Below, in pieces: positions 18,040-28,094 of a stretch of DNA of 64,000 bases (its first letter is position 1; each line of letters begins with the position of its first letter). Origin of the DNA: Andalucia godoyi And28. Its lineage: Eukaryota; Protista; Jakobida. A program made the position numbers and the translations under genes. The notes under the pieces are model-generated. The model was given only the letters and a program-made list of their open reading frames with translations, did not search any database and was not told the origin of the DNA. The stretch is taken from assembly GCA_009859145.1 (NCBI GenBank), contig VRVR01000033.1, positions 62,001 to 126,000 on the forward strand, given 5' to 3'.

Positions 18040-20037
18040 ATGTCGTCGCAGTCTCAGCCCCACTTGATACGAAAGACCCAGGGATCGGAAGCTTCAAAGG
18101 CAGCGCCACACGGACCACCACATGCAGGAGCATCCAAACGGCCCGACACACAGTATTCGAGGCAAGATGGATACAGTGTCGACGTTCTTCCATTGGCAAA
18201 ACCGCCAAAGTCGACGACAACTTCGGCTGTGCAGACTGCGCCGCTTTCTCTCAAGGCTGCTGCTTCTCAGACACTAAAGTACGCTTTTGGGAATCCGGCT
18301 TCTGTGTCGGTCTCGAGCCAGGCCGATCCGCTTTTTGCAGGCTCGCAGTTCCTTGAGGAACACCGCGAGTTCATGGACACTCCGCAGTTTGTGCGATTTT
18401 TGGCGAGTGTAAGTCCGTCGGTTTTCCAGCAGCTTGAGCAGAATTTAAAGACGAACTACGGGAATTCGGCTGGTTCGCGTCGGTCGATGCAGAATCTCGA
18501 CAAGAGTGCTCTTGTCGCATCGCTGCGATTGCCAGATTGGTGGAAATCAGTTCCAGAGGACGATGTCGCATCCCCCGAGGATTTCCTATCTTCTTCGACT
18601 GCTCGCCATGCGGCTGCGGGCGGTTCGCTGAAACCTTCTTCAGGAGTGGAAAGCGATGTTCGGGCTGCTCGTTTGAAAAAGTTTGAGGCAAAGGCGTCCA
18701 CTACCTCGTTGCACAGAGCTGCAGAACCAAGGCATCATTCACTCAATTCATACTGTTTGTCGTGGAATTCGACGGGAAATGTGCTTGCTGCAGGCTACTT
18801 GAATTCTGCGGTTTCTTCGATTTGCAACGAAAACGGTGCGTTCGCACTCTGGAATTTGCAAAGCCGCAAATTGGATCCTTCAAATCCGCAGTGGATGATG
18901 GAAACGACATCGTATGTATCGTTTCTGGTGTTCCACCCCGTGCTTCCCTCGCTGCTGGCTGTGGGCACGTACCACGGAGAAGTGATTGTATACGAAGGAG
19001 ACAGGCTCGTTGCTTCGTCCGAAATGAACGACGCGAGGTCGCATCGAGAGTCCGTCACTTCCATGACGTGGCTTTCAGATCCGGTGGATACGAATGCTCT
19101 GTGGCTCGCAACGTGCTCAACTGATGGCAAAATACTCGTCTGGAACTTGGCAGATAAGCTCGACCATCCACGTCAGGGATTTGCGGTTCGTGCAAAGGGC
19201 GGAGTTCTCAACGGAATTACAAGCTGTGCTCCCTTGTTCATTCCTTCGTTTGCAAACCGCGTTCCTCCGATTCAGTCGCCGTTTCTTTGCGGATTTGAAA
19301 TGGGATCCATCGCTCGGTGTGCACTATCCTTGTCTTCCCTGACCCGCGATGGCCCGCATTCGGGCGCGGATTATAAATCAAAGTCGAATTCCCGAAACGG
19401 GGCTGGAAATGTTCCTGGACGGAAACAACGTAATGTGGATTACGATGGTGATGGTGATGATGGTGATGATGATAATGATAGAGGTGGTATTGGTAGTGCT
19501 GGAGGCAGAAATGGAAACGGAGGCGGGAACGGGACTGGTGACGAGGTGTCGCTCGGTGCTTGTTTGCAAGTCATGTTTGAGCCAGGTCACGTTGGCCCTG
19601 TGACCGACATCTCCGGCTCGCCGTTCCACCGAAACATGTTCCTGACTTGTGCGACCGACGGAATTGCAAAACTGTGGTCACTCATGTCACCGCACTCCCC
19701 CCGGCTTGTTCTGGAACCTGGCTCCGCGACAGCAGTGCTCTCCTGTCACTTTTCGTCGGCGCGACCATTGGTGTTCGCTCTTGCATTGGCCACAGGCTCT
19801 GTGCTGATTTACGATCTTACAATGGCAGAACTTACCCCCAGCTGCACCCTTGCTCCGCCGCAAGGAGCAGGTGCGTGCTTCCGGGTGAGGTTTGGTCCGC
19901 TGGATGGAACCACAATTGCGTGTGCATATGCAGACGGATCCACTTGTGTGTGGAAGCTTGCGGAAGACTTTGGAACGCTGCAAGCCGGTGAACAAGCCGC
20001 ACTCGATCGGCTCGCAGAAGGAGAATATTCTCTGTAA
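18040..20037 (+). CDS. WDR34: WD40 dynein intermediate chain, WDR34/DYNC2I2 (dynein-2)-like
   Basis: WD repeats FHPVLPSLLAVGTYHGEVIVY, HRESVTSMTW, CSTDGKILVW, GHVGPVTDISGSPFHRNMFLTCATDGIAKLWS and FSSARPLVFALA. N-terminal FLASVSPSVFQQLEQNL segment is typical of these intermediate chains. Confidence 0.7.
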   Translation: MSSQSQPHLIRKTQGSEASKAAPHGPPHAGASKRPDTQYSRQDGYSVDVLPLAKPPKSTTTSAVQTAPLSLKAAASQTLKYAFGNPASVSVSSQADPLFAGSQFLEEHREFMDTPQFVRFLASVSPSVFQQLEQNLKTNYGNSAGSRRSMQNLDKSALVASLRLPDWWKSVPEDDVASPEDFLSSSTARHAAAGGSLKPSSGVESDVRAARLKKFEAKASTTSLHRAAEPRHHSLNSYCLSWNSTGNVLAAGYLNSAVSSICNENGAFALWNLQSRKLDPSNPQWMMETTSYVSFLVFHPVLPSLLAVGTYHGEVIVYEGDRLVASSEMNDARSHRESVTSMTWLSDPVDTNALWLATCSTDGKILVWNLADKLDHPRQGFAVRAKGGVLNGITSCAPLFIPSFANRVPPIQSPFLCGFEMGSIARCALSLSSLTRDGPHSGADYKSKSNSRNGAGNVPGRKQRNVDYDGDGDDGDDDNDRGGIGSAGGRNGNGGGNGTGDEVSLGACLQVMFEPGHVGPVTDISGSPFHRNMFLTCATDGIAKLWSLMSPHSPRLVLEPGSATAVLSCHFSSARPLVFALALATGSVLIYDLTMAELTPSCTLAPPQGAGACFRVRFGPLDGTTIACAYADGSTCVWKLAEDFGTLQAGEQAALDRLAEGEYSL

Positions 20038-20503
20038 GTACTGCTGCACCAGTGCACCCGGTTTTTTTGTTTTTATTTTTATTTTTATGAATTGTTATTT
20101 TTTTAATTATTAATCTCAATCAACTGCGCCCCCGCTTCGGTCTGTTTCAGCAACACAGCACTCCTCCCGTGTGATCGCATGTCACACTCTGGTAGATCGT
20201 CAACTACATCATCGGTACGCATCTCAGTCCTCCTTGCCTTGTGTGTTCTCGCAGCGGTTTCATCGTGCCTTTTGTGAATCATAAAAGTTACATTTTGAAA
20301 TCGCTGATCATTTAGTGTCGTCACATGTCGACCACTGAAGCTTCGAAAGCTGCCGAGAGGAAATACATAATAGCAAACAAAGACGAGAAAGCATTGAGAG
20401 GACCGCTCGTTCTTTCTCTTTTGCACACCAGGTGTAACAAACGGATAAAGGGTGTGTGGTGGCGGAACAGAAGAAGAAGCAAAGAGAAGGGGGAGAAAAA
20501 CGA

Positions 20504-20998
20504 ATGGCTCACACGGAAACTCAGTGGAAGGCCCGAGAATCCACGGGAAAGTACACCGATGAGGAATTTCTGGCGTTGTTCCGTGCGACTGAGCTGCCGT
20601 TTGAAGACTGGACTCACGAAGCACATGTTCGAATGGCGTTCCTGACTATGAAAGCATGTGCAACTTTTGAAAATGCTCTGGAAAACGTCAAGGCTGGCAT
20701 CAAGGCTTTCAATGGAAAACACGTTGCAAAGCTTACGATTGGGTTCCACGAGACCATGACCGTGTGCTGGGCCATCCTGATCTGGGACGCCGTCATCCAT
20801 GCACCAAACGCGCACTCGTTCGCGGAGTTCGCACCATTTCATCCCAGACTGTTGAACACGTCGTTATGGACGGAGTACTACTCCAAAGATAGCATGTTTT
20901 CGCCAGCGGCAAAGGCCATGTTTGTCCCCGCAGATCTGAAAGCACTTCCCGAGACACCGGCGAATACTTGTGCGTTACAAATACGATGCTGTTCTTGA
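20504..20998 (+). CDS. Small helical protein resembling a family of bacterial/fungal hypothetical proteins (164 aa)
   Basis: ATG follows a purine-rich leader. Motif pattern LPFEDWTHEAHVRMA...GIKAFN...GFHETMT.CW...LW.EYYSKD.MFSPAAKAMFVPADL..LP. Confidence 0.7.
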   Translation: MAHTETQWKARESTGKYTDEEFLALFRATELPFEDWTHEAHVRMAFLTMKACATFENALENVKAGIKAFNGKHVAKLTIGFHETMTVCWAILIWDAVIHAPNAHSFAEFAPFHPRLLNTSLWTEYYSKDSMFSPAAKAMFVPADLKALPETPANTCALQIRCCS

Positions 20999-22472
20999 TG
21001 GAGCGCGCTCAGTTCATGTGTTCAAACGAATGTATAACAATAAGAAATAAGAAATAAGATTGTGGTGTTGTGACAGGATTACTGCCAAGGTTAATGCAAG
21101 GCTGCAGGATTGCTGAGCTGCAGAATCCATCGACAGCCCCCCAGTCGATTCAACATACAAAATGAACGTTGCTCGCGAACTGTGTTGGTCGCGTGGATAT
21201 GAATAATCACATCCCTCATGAGGACACCGGAAATGCTCCAGACTAACGACTTTTACGCTGGTTCGATGGAGAGTGCATTTCTTCTCGTTCTCCGCCATTT
21301 TCTCACGCATACGCGAGGTCGAGAGGAGGAAACAGAATGTGGTCGGCGGCGCTGCACATTGCGCCTGACGACGCGTTTGCCTTTGCTCCTTCTTGTTCTC
21401 TGACTTGAAAGCGCGCATTCCGAACGCAAATCGATCACATCTCCGTGATTTGATGATCATCCGCTTGCCCAGCAAGTTGCGACGAGAGGGGAATCAACAG
21501 GTTTCTTGGTTCTTCGCGTCTTCGGGCATGGCCGGTTTGAGTTTATTGGGAAGATCCCTCTCTGGGAGCCATGAGATGCTTTGTCTTTGATGATGCTGTT
21601 TTGATGTTCACACGCAAGACGGTCAACCGTGTCTCTCAAGGATGGAGATGTTCAAGGTGAGTTCCATTTCTTTTGACGGACAGCGCAAGTCTTGAAGCGG
21701 CAGAAGAGGAGAAAAGAATGCCTGCAGTGCCGAAGATGCATCCGTCTCTCCTGATAATACGTTGGTACAAGAACGGCGAAGTTACGTTGATCGTCCAGGA
21801 AGACGAAGCTGCAGTGTGTTTGCTTCTGTAATTGTTCCCCCTAAATGAAACGTTCCGGTGCCTACCAGAGGAGAATCCATCTGCTGTGGCGAACTTCCAA
21901 GCATGGCAAAGCAGCGGTTTCTTCCGTACGTGCTTCGCTGGATGGTGACAGCTGTTACAGTCTGCTCGTGCGCTACTGCTCTGCGATTTCCGGATCTGCT
22001 GCGAACCGGTTGTCACAAAAACCACAAAAACGAACATTCTGGTTGTCAAGGTGCTCTCTCCTGCTATCAATGCTGCACAAGTGGAGTCTCCATCGCTTTC
22101 CACGGAGCTCACCATCCTGTTTTCGACAGCAATGACCGATCCACGAACCAGTTTCCACATCTGAGCAAGACGGATCGATTCCCTTGTTGCAAATCCTGTT
22201 TTCTCGGTTTTTTCCTCCTTTTTTTTTGGGTGCGCTGCGAATCAAATTACCATCTCTCGTTCTGGCCGTCGCGAATAACAGTGTTCTCTCCTGTTTTCTT
22301 CTTCTTGTTCTTCCTCCTGCACCAATCAAAGCCTGTTCTGTCCATCTCCGCTCCAGCCGGGCCCGTTGAATTAATTGCCCGTCTTTCCCAAACGTAAGGA
22401 TCTGTTTCACATTGGAATCCTGTTTCAGAAATTCCTCCGCTGCAACGCAGTGTCCAACATTGGAGAACTAGC

Positions 22473-22803
22473 ATGGGATCCGCACCGTCAAAATCCCCCC
22501 GAATATGCATTTGCTCCGGAAGCTCGATACAAGATTCACATTCGCAAAACACTGCCGCTGTTCGTCGGAAGACTTCCTCGGATTCGCAAAATGGATCGGA
22601 AAAGCCGAGTCGAAGGGACAGCACAAGTAGTTCCAAGAGCGCGCTCAGCGATTCGGGCTCTGGAAGTGCCCCTAACAGCGCCCGTTCGGATGTTACCGTG
22701 ATCCGACGAAGTTCTGCAGTAAAGCGGAATGTGTCCTCCGCTTCCAGCACTCGCTACGACGATTCGATATTCTCGTCGAATGACGACTCTATCAGTAAGA
22801 TGA

Positions 22804-22878
<75 letters not shown>

Positions 22879-24431
22879 ACGGCATGGTTTCCTCGAGTAG
22901 CGCGAGTTCGGCGCTTCCTCCGCAATCTCCAGACACCCGGCGCACGAGCTGGATTGTTCGCCCACGAACTCTCGTACCTGCCATAGTGAATGAGGGTCAC
23001 TCGACAAGGATCGCTGGAAGAGACGGACTTCCGCATGCATCGAGAGGTCGGTCTTCCTCGGACTCGGACCAGTTGGGCAGCCATGTGCCCTCCCGGTTGA
23101 CAAGACAAGACTCTATCAATGTTTATCGGAACAAGAGAGCGAGCCAATCCACAGTTGGCAATTCTAGCAACAACAGCAGCAACTCCGATGCACTTCGTAT
23201 GTCGTTGCAGAGCTTAGACTCTGGGCCGCGGGACATGCGAGAGGCGCTGTTGTTTGGTCCACGACCCGTTCCAGTACGAAACATGAAACTTCGAACGTCG
23301 CTCAGTCCGAACTGTCGGATCGAACGAACTCGGTCAATGAACGAAAAGCCACCCTCCTTGCGGTCAAGCTCGCTCTCATCGACAGGCTTGAACAAATCGG
23401 CGGACAAGGGCTCTGGTTCTGTGCTTTCTTCGGAGGACTCGAACAACACGGTCAGCAGCAATCCATCAGGAAGTTCGATTGGAAGCAGCGGTTACGAGAC
23501 CCCTGATCTCATCTCGGAAGATCAGTTTCTGGTGCTTTCAACTGACATTGCTGCGAATGTGGAGTCTGCTCTTGCGTCCCCAATTTCAGGAGTAGAATAT
23601 TCGAACCAGGCATCGTGTTCAGGTACCCCCTCCCACCAATCCGAAGCAGCGCTGGATGAACAGTTGTTGTCGCACGCGCTTTCCGAGTTGGAGCAGCGCG
23701 TTGTTGAGATGGGTGATGAGGTTGTTTCTCCGCAGAAGATTGCGACATTTGCGCGACTCCCTGCGGACAACCTCGCTGGAAAACCCCATCCGCTGGTTCG
23801 ACGCTTGGATTTCTCTTCTGCGCAGCGACTGATGGGAATCCAGCATGTTTCCACAGTCAATCCTGGAACGGCATCTTCTACAAACTCTTCTTCTGCACCT
23901 TGTGCAAAGTCGCCGTCTACATCGTCGTCCTCGCAAACCGGTACAACGTCGAGCATTTCGGGTCAAACATCCACGCACAGAATCTTACGTGCGTCGCAGG
24001 ATTCCGCGAACATGTCTGCGGTTCTCGGAAACAGTCCTTTGAGGCGCCAGGCTGTCCGCTCTCTGACGGACTTTGCAGATGGTGCTATCCGAGGCGTGAT
24101 ATGGGCCCCTACGACGTTCAAAGACAGTTCCGAACTCAAAGAAGGTGTTCAAGAATGGATTAGTCTTGTCGGCAGTCGAAGACTTGCCCATCAGGACGAA
24201 GTCGACGATGTGTACGAACTTCCTTCGGAAACGCAGCTGTGCCCGCCGAACTGGAGCATGGACTCGGAGAATGACGACGGAGACAGCGAGGATGAAGATG
24301 AACATGACGAAGATGCCAGCGGTTGCGGAAATGCTGAACGGGTAGATTATAGTATGTCCAACATGTACAGCCACCATTCCCACGCCTCCTTCTCCGCCTC
24401 GATGGCAAGCTCTGGTTTCAAATTCATCTAG
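22473..24431 (+). CDS. Ser-rich low-complexity protein with predicted N-myristoylation (652 aa)
   Basis: Long ORF starting MGSAPSKS with nearby CIC. Contains a 23-Ser tract encoded by (AGC)9(AGT)14 and an acidic C-terminal patch. Confidence 0.7.
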
Positions 24432-24536
24432 AGCAGAGTTCATCGGCTAAATTCACTGTACTTATTGTAAAAATCACATATTTTAGAGAAGGGCTCGACA
24501 TTTCCTTTTTACAGCATGATTTGCACTCTTCCTTTT

Positions 24537-25205
24537 TTACTTGGCATCAACGTCTATAACGATTCTTCGTCCTGCATTTCGAGAACCCGAAAACGTTCCA
24601 CTGCCGCCACGATGATCATCGTCGCCGTCAATATCACCACCGTCATTGTCGCGATCATTGTCGATGATTTCCTGTCTGCCGTGATCGTCGCGAACAAGCA
24701 TTCTTCTTAACCGATCATTCTCAAATCTTGCATCGACCATCCCTGCTCCCAGCGACCCCATCACTCTTATCGAAATAATACGATTCACGATGTTCGAAGA
24801 TCCTATTTCCACCTGCTCGGAATAAACGGACTGAAATGGGTGCAGTTGAATCCCAGTTCCGAATAACTTTCGACCCTTCGCAGAGCCGTTAAGCCGGTCC
24901 AAAACTATCGAAACAGACAACCCCGTCCCTGTCCCCGTCCCCGACCCCGACGCCGTTGCGGATCTGATTATCTGCTGCATGAGTGCTACAATCGACGATA
25001 AAAGGCTGTTCATTCCAGCAGGAGGCGCATCGAATGGCTGTCGATTCAAATCGCTTCGCGACTGCTGATGAAACTCCTTTCCTATCCGTGACGAAGTTCG
25101 AATCATGTTCCACCCAACTCGCATCATGGAGAAGTTCAGCCGAAGCCTATTCCACCAATTTCGCAACGAATCGACAAAAAACGGGTACCTTGGATGCTGT
25201 GGGGG

Positions 25206-25237
<32 letters not shown>

Positions 25238-25361
25238 GTCGTGGTGGTCGTGGTGGTGGAGGAGGAGGAGGAGGAGGATACGACGAAAGCGGACGAAGCA
25301 GCAGACTGTTATGTATCAAACCATGTCGGCTACCAAACACTAGCAAAGCTGCTCGAAACAT
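24537..25361 (-). CDS. Probable mitochondrial protein; C-terminal domain reminiscent of the Coa1/Tim21-like fold
   Basis: Presequence-like N-terminus (MFRAALLVFGSRHGLIHNSLLLRPLSS), then a Pro/Ser linker. C-terminal segment L..L......KLFGTGI...ISIRVMGSLGAGMVDARFE...MLVRDDHGRQEII. Confidence 0.55.
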
Positions 25362-25574
25362 CTTTTCTTCAAGCCACTAGATATCCGATGCATTCATAAG
25401 AATGGAAATCTAATGCAAGAACGGAGGGTGAAGGGAGAAAAGAAAAGAAGAAAAGACACCAAAACCTTTGCGGGGAAGTCAAACGCTGCAGAAAGGTCGC
25501 TGGAGGAGGAACTTGAACCGCGGTCGAGCTTGGTCGATCGACACTGCGCGTGCGGGATGCGAGATGCGGGATGC

Positions 25575-25946
25575 GCCTACATTGTACACTAACCAGGGAT
25601 AATCATTGCTGATCACCCATAACCAACGTTGCAACCCAGCAACATGCATAGCATTTATTGGGAAGGGGGGTAGGCCCCAACACGCCCCTCGGCATGAGAG
25701 ACGTTCCTAAGATAGATGTTGCATTGCACGGACAATAAAAATAAAAATAAGAAATGAGCGTCGCTGTGCGAGAATGCAACGCGGCGGCGTGTCTATAGGG
25801 ATTTCATGATCAAAATGGGGCGAAACGAATCGGGCATCGTGTGACGGAGTTGCCAAGATAACAAACGCATGCGCATGGGCGCGTGGCAGTGTTTTGTTTG
25901 CGTGCGCTTGAGATTGCTTCATCATATCGCAATAAGTGGCAACGGC
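25575..25946 (+). repeat. Dispersed non-coding repeat, copy B (carries a 123-bp segment absent from copy A)
   Basis: gcctacattgtacactaacc...caacatgcat matches 16825-16900. Extra segment is 25650-25772. aatgcaacgc...aagtggcaacgg matches 16901-17069. Confidence 0.9.
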
Positions 25947-26011
25947 GCGACAAATGACGAGGCGCACGCGTGTGTGTGCGTGTGTTGAAGAGGGAATACA
26001 ACGGACGACTG

Positions 26012-27709
26012 TCACGGAGTGCGCAGCCATGCAGCGCAGTCGGGAGGAAGAGTGTTTCCGACGATGGGTGAGCTTGCCAACATGACGACAGAGCCGAGCG
26101 GAAGCTGGAGACCCTCCTCGGCGCCAAAATTAACATAGCAGGCAAAGTTGCTGGGCCGTGTAAACGCTAGGGCTTGGTCCCCTGCTTCAATCCAACACAG
26201 TGGTCCGTCTCCGAGTCCCGGCTCGGATTTCCGCAGTGCAAGAGCAGCACGGTACAATGAAAGCGTGGAACCTGGATCGCCTTCCTGGACTTCAACAGAG
26301 TACGCCCCCCACCATGGAGACTGCGGTAGCCAAGCATCCTGTGGCCGAAGGAGAGGATGGTCTGCGCCGGCAAATCCGAACGCACCGGATGGATCTGTTT
26401 TCCAAGGAAGCGGTACTCTACATCCATCGCGCCCACGATCCGTGAATCCGCTCATCCTCCAGCGTGGATCCGTAAGCCGGCTTTCCGGAATGTCTCGGAC
26501 TTCTGGAAGAGCCAGTTCTTCTCCCTGGAAGATGTATGCACCTCCCGGAAGTGCCAGCATGAGAAGTGCGCCTGCTCGCGCCCGACGGATGCCGAGAGCT
26601 AGATCCAGCTTTGCAGGGTCCCCCTGGCGATCCAGCGTTGTTTCGCACTGCCCGTGGACAAGGTTCAGTGCAAAACGATCCACGCAACGAACGACATCAT
26701 GGTTGTTGAAGACCCAAGAAGCAGGCGCGCCGACTTGCTGCATAGCTTCCAGGGAAGCGTCGATTGTTTCTCGGAGATCTCGCGCTTGCCAAGGAGAACT
26801 CAGAAACGCGAAATTGAAAGAGTTTGCAAGCTCGTCGGGACGCAAGTACCGCGCAATCGAAGATGCGGGGCTGACCCATGCTTCCGCCACTGCCATCCGA
26901 TCTCCGTCGTAGGAGTCAAGAATCTTCCGCCAACGTCGGAAAATATCATGGACTCCATCCTGGTCCCAAAAGGGAAGCTCTTGGGCGGACAGCATCTCTG
27001 GCGCGCCAGACTCTTCGATAACATCAGGAAGCCCCTCTGCCTTCACCATCCCGTGCGCAACGTCAATGCGAAATCCATCGACTCCGCGGTCGAGCCAAAA
27101 CCGAAGGATGTTGTCAAAATACGCCTGAACCTCCAGGTTTTCCCAGTTGAAGTCCGGTTGCTCGGTAGCAAACAAGTGCAAATACCACTGTTCGGCAGTG
27201 CCGTCTGCCTGCACAACACGTTCCCATGCCGGACCACCGAAAACAGACTTCCAATTATTCGGAGGCAGTTCTCCGTTTTGTCCTTTACCGTCTCGGAACA
27301 GATACCGTTGTCGCTCCTTGGAACCCGGAGCAGCTCGAAGGGCCTCCTGGAACCACATATGCTGATCACTGGAATGGTTCGGCACAATATCAACAATCAA
27401 GCGGATTCCCATTTCATGAGCCTCTCGAATCAGCAATGCAGCGTCCTCCAGAGTTCCGTAATCCGGTTCAATATCCATGAAATCCGAAACGTCGTAACCA
27501 TGATCTTTTTGCGGTGAAGGATACCATGGGGTAATCCAGATTGCGTCGATTCCAAGCTGTTTGAGATACGGAAGCCGCGATCGAATCCCGGCGATGTCCC
27601 CTTTTCCATCGCCGTTTGCATCCGCAAAAGACCGAATGTATACTTGATACGTCACTGCATCTCGCCACCAAGTGCGCGCTCCACGGGGAACGACTGCGTC
27701 TGCTTGCAT
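26012..27709 (-). CDS. GH13 alpha-glucosidase/oligo-1,6-glucosidase, bacterial (actinobacterial-like) type
   Basis: WWRDAVTYQVYIRSFADANGDGKGD, HGYDVSD, DIVPNHSS (region I), GFRIDVAHG (nucleophile Asp), AVAEAW (acid/base Glu), FNNHDVVR (region IV), QGEELALPEV and GRDGCRVPLPW. Intronless, no signal peptide. Confidence 0.93.
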   Translation of the reverse strand: MQADAVVPRGARTWWRDAVTYQVYIRSFADANGDGKGDIAGIRSRLPYLKQLGIDAIWITPWYPSPQKDHGYDVSDFMDIEPDYGTLEDAALLIREAHEMGIRLIVDIVPNHSSDQHMWFQEALRAAPGSKERQRYLFRDGKGQNGELPPNNWKSVFGGPAWERVVQADGTAEQWYLHLFATEQPDFNWENLEVQAYFDNILRFWLDRGVDGFRIDVAHGMVKAEGLPDVIEESGAPEMLSAQELPFWDQDGVHDIFRRWRKILDSYDGDRMAVAEAWVSPASSIARYLRPDELANSFNFAFLSSPWQARDLRETIDASLEAMQQVGAPASWVFNNHDVVRCVDRFALNLVHGQCETTLDRQGDPAKLDLALGIRRARAGALLMLALPGGAYIFQGEELALPEVRDIPESRLTDPRWRMSGFTDRGRDGCRVPLPWKTDPSGAFGFAGADHPLLRPQDAWLPQSPWWGAYSVEVQEGDPGSTLSLYRAALALRKSEPGLGDGPLCWIEAGDQALAFTRPSNFACYVNFGAEEGLQLPLGSVVMLASSPIVGNTLPPDCAAWLRTP

Positions 27710-28094
27710 GGATTTCCTGTGGTGGTGCTGGGTTGTGGCTTGTCGTCACTCAATCACTCAGTCACTCGGTGAGTATGCAACGTGGCACGTGGCACAGCTG
27801 CTCTCGGCCGCAAAGACGATCATTCCCTTGTTTCGACGACAGGTGTCCAGTGACTGTAGAAGAAAAGCGTGCGTCGAATGCCGTCGATCAAAAAAACCAT
27901 AATAATATTTTTAAAAACCGACCCACTGGAGGCGTATATGGCAAGTTTGCACGTCAGGAGAGCTGATGATGGCTTGACGGGGGACTTTGGGAACGGCCCG
28001 CAAAGCAGCAGCAATCGAATGTCGTCAAGCGTATAAGAAGAGAGATACAGGAAGAAGAAGAAGGAGAAGGAGGAGGCTGCTTCGGAGGAGAGAA

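Noticed and set aside
21100-21240. FILYVESTGGLS resembling the RNA polymerase Rpb3/AC40 C-terminal motif
   Set aside because: The rest of the subunit is absent and the match is too short.
25495-25545. GGTTCAAGTTCC on the minus strand next to repeat copy B, resembling a tRNA T-loop/B box
   Set aside because: Spacing is one base off, and there is no A box or cloverleaf. Insufficient to call a tRNA or tRNA-derived SINE.
17070-25574. Block flanked by direct repeat copies A and B as a composite transposon
   Set aside because: The enclosed genes are housekeeping or orphan (WDR34 etc.). No transposase and no target-site duplication.
26148-27517. Long antisense ORFs (254 and 287 aa) over the alpha-glucosidase, and similar ones over ATG9, ACAD8, ABCF2, SOD and EB1
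   Set aside because: Shadow ORFs expected from GC-rich, codon-biased sense genes; no motifs.
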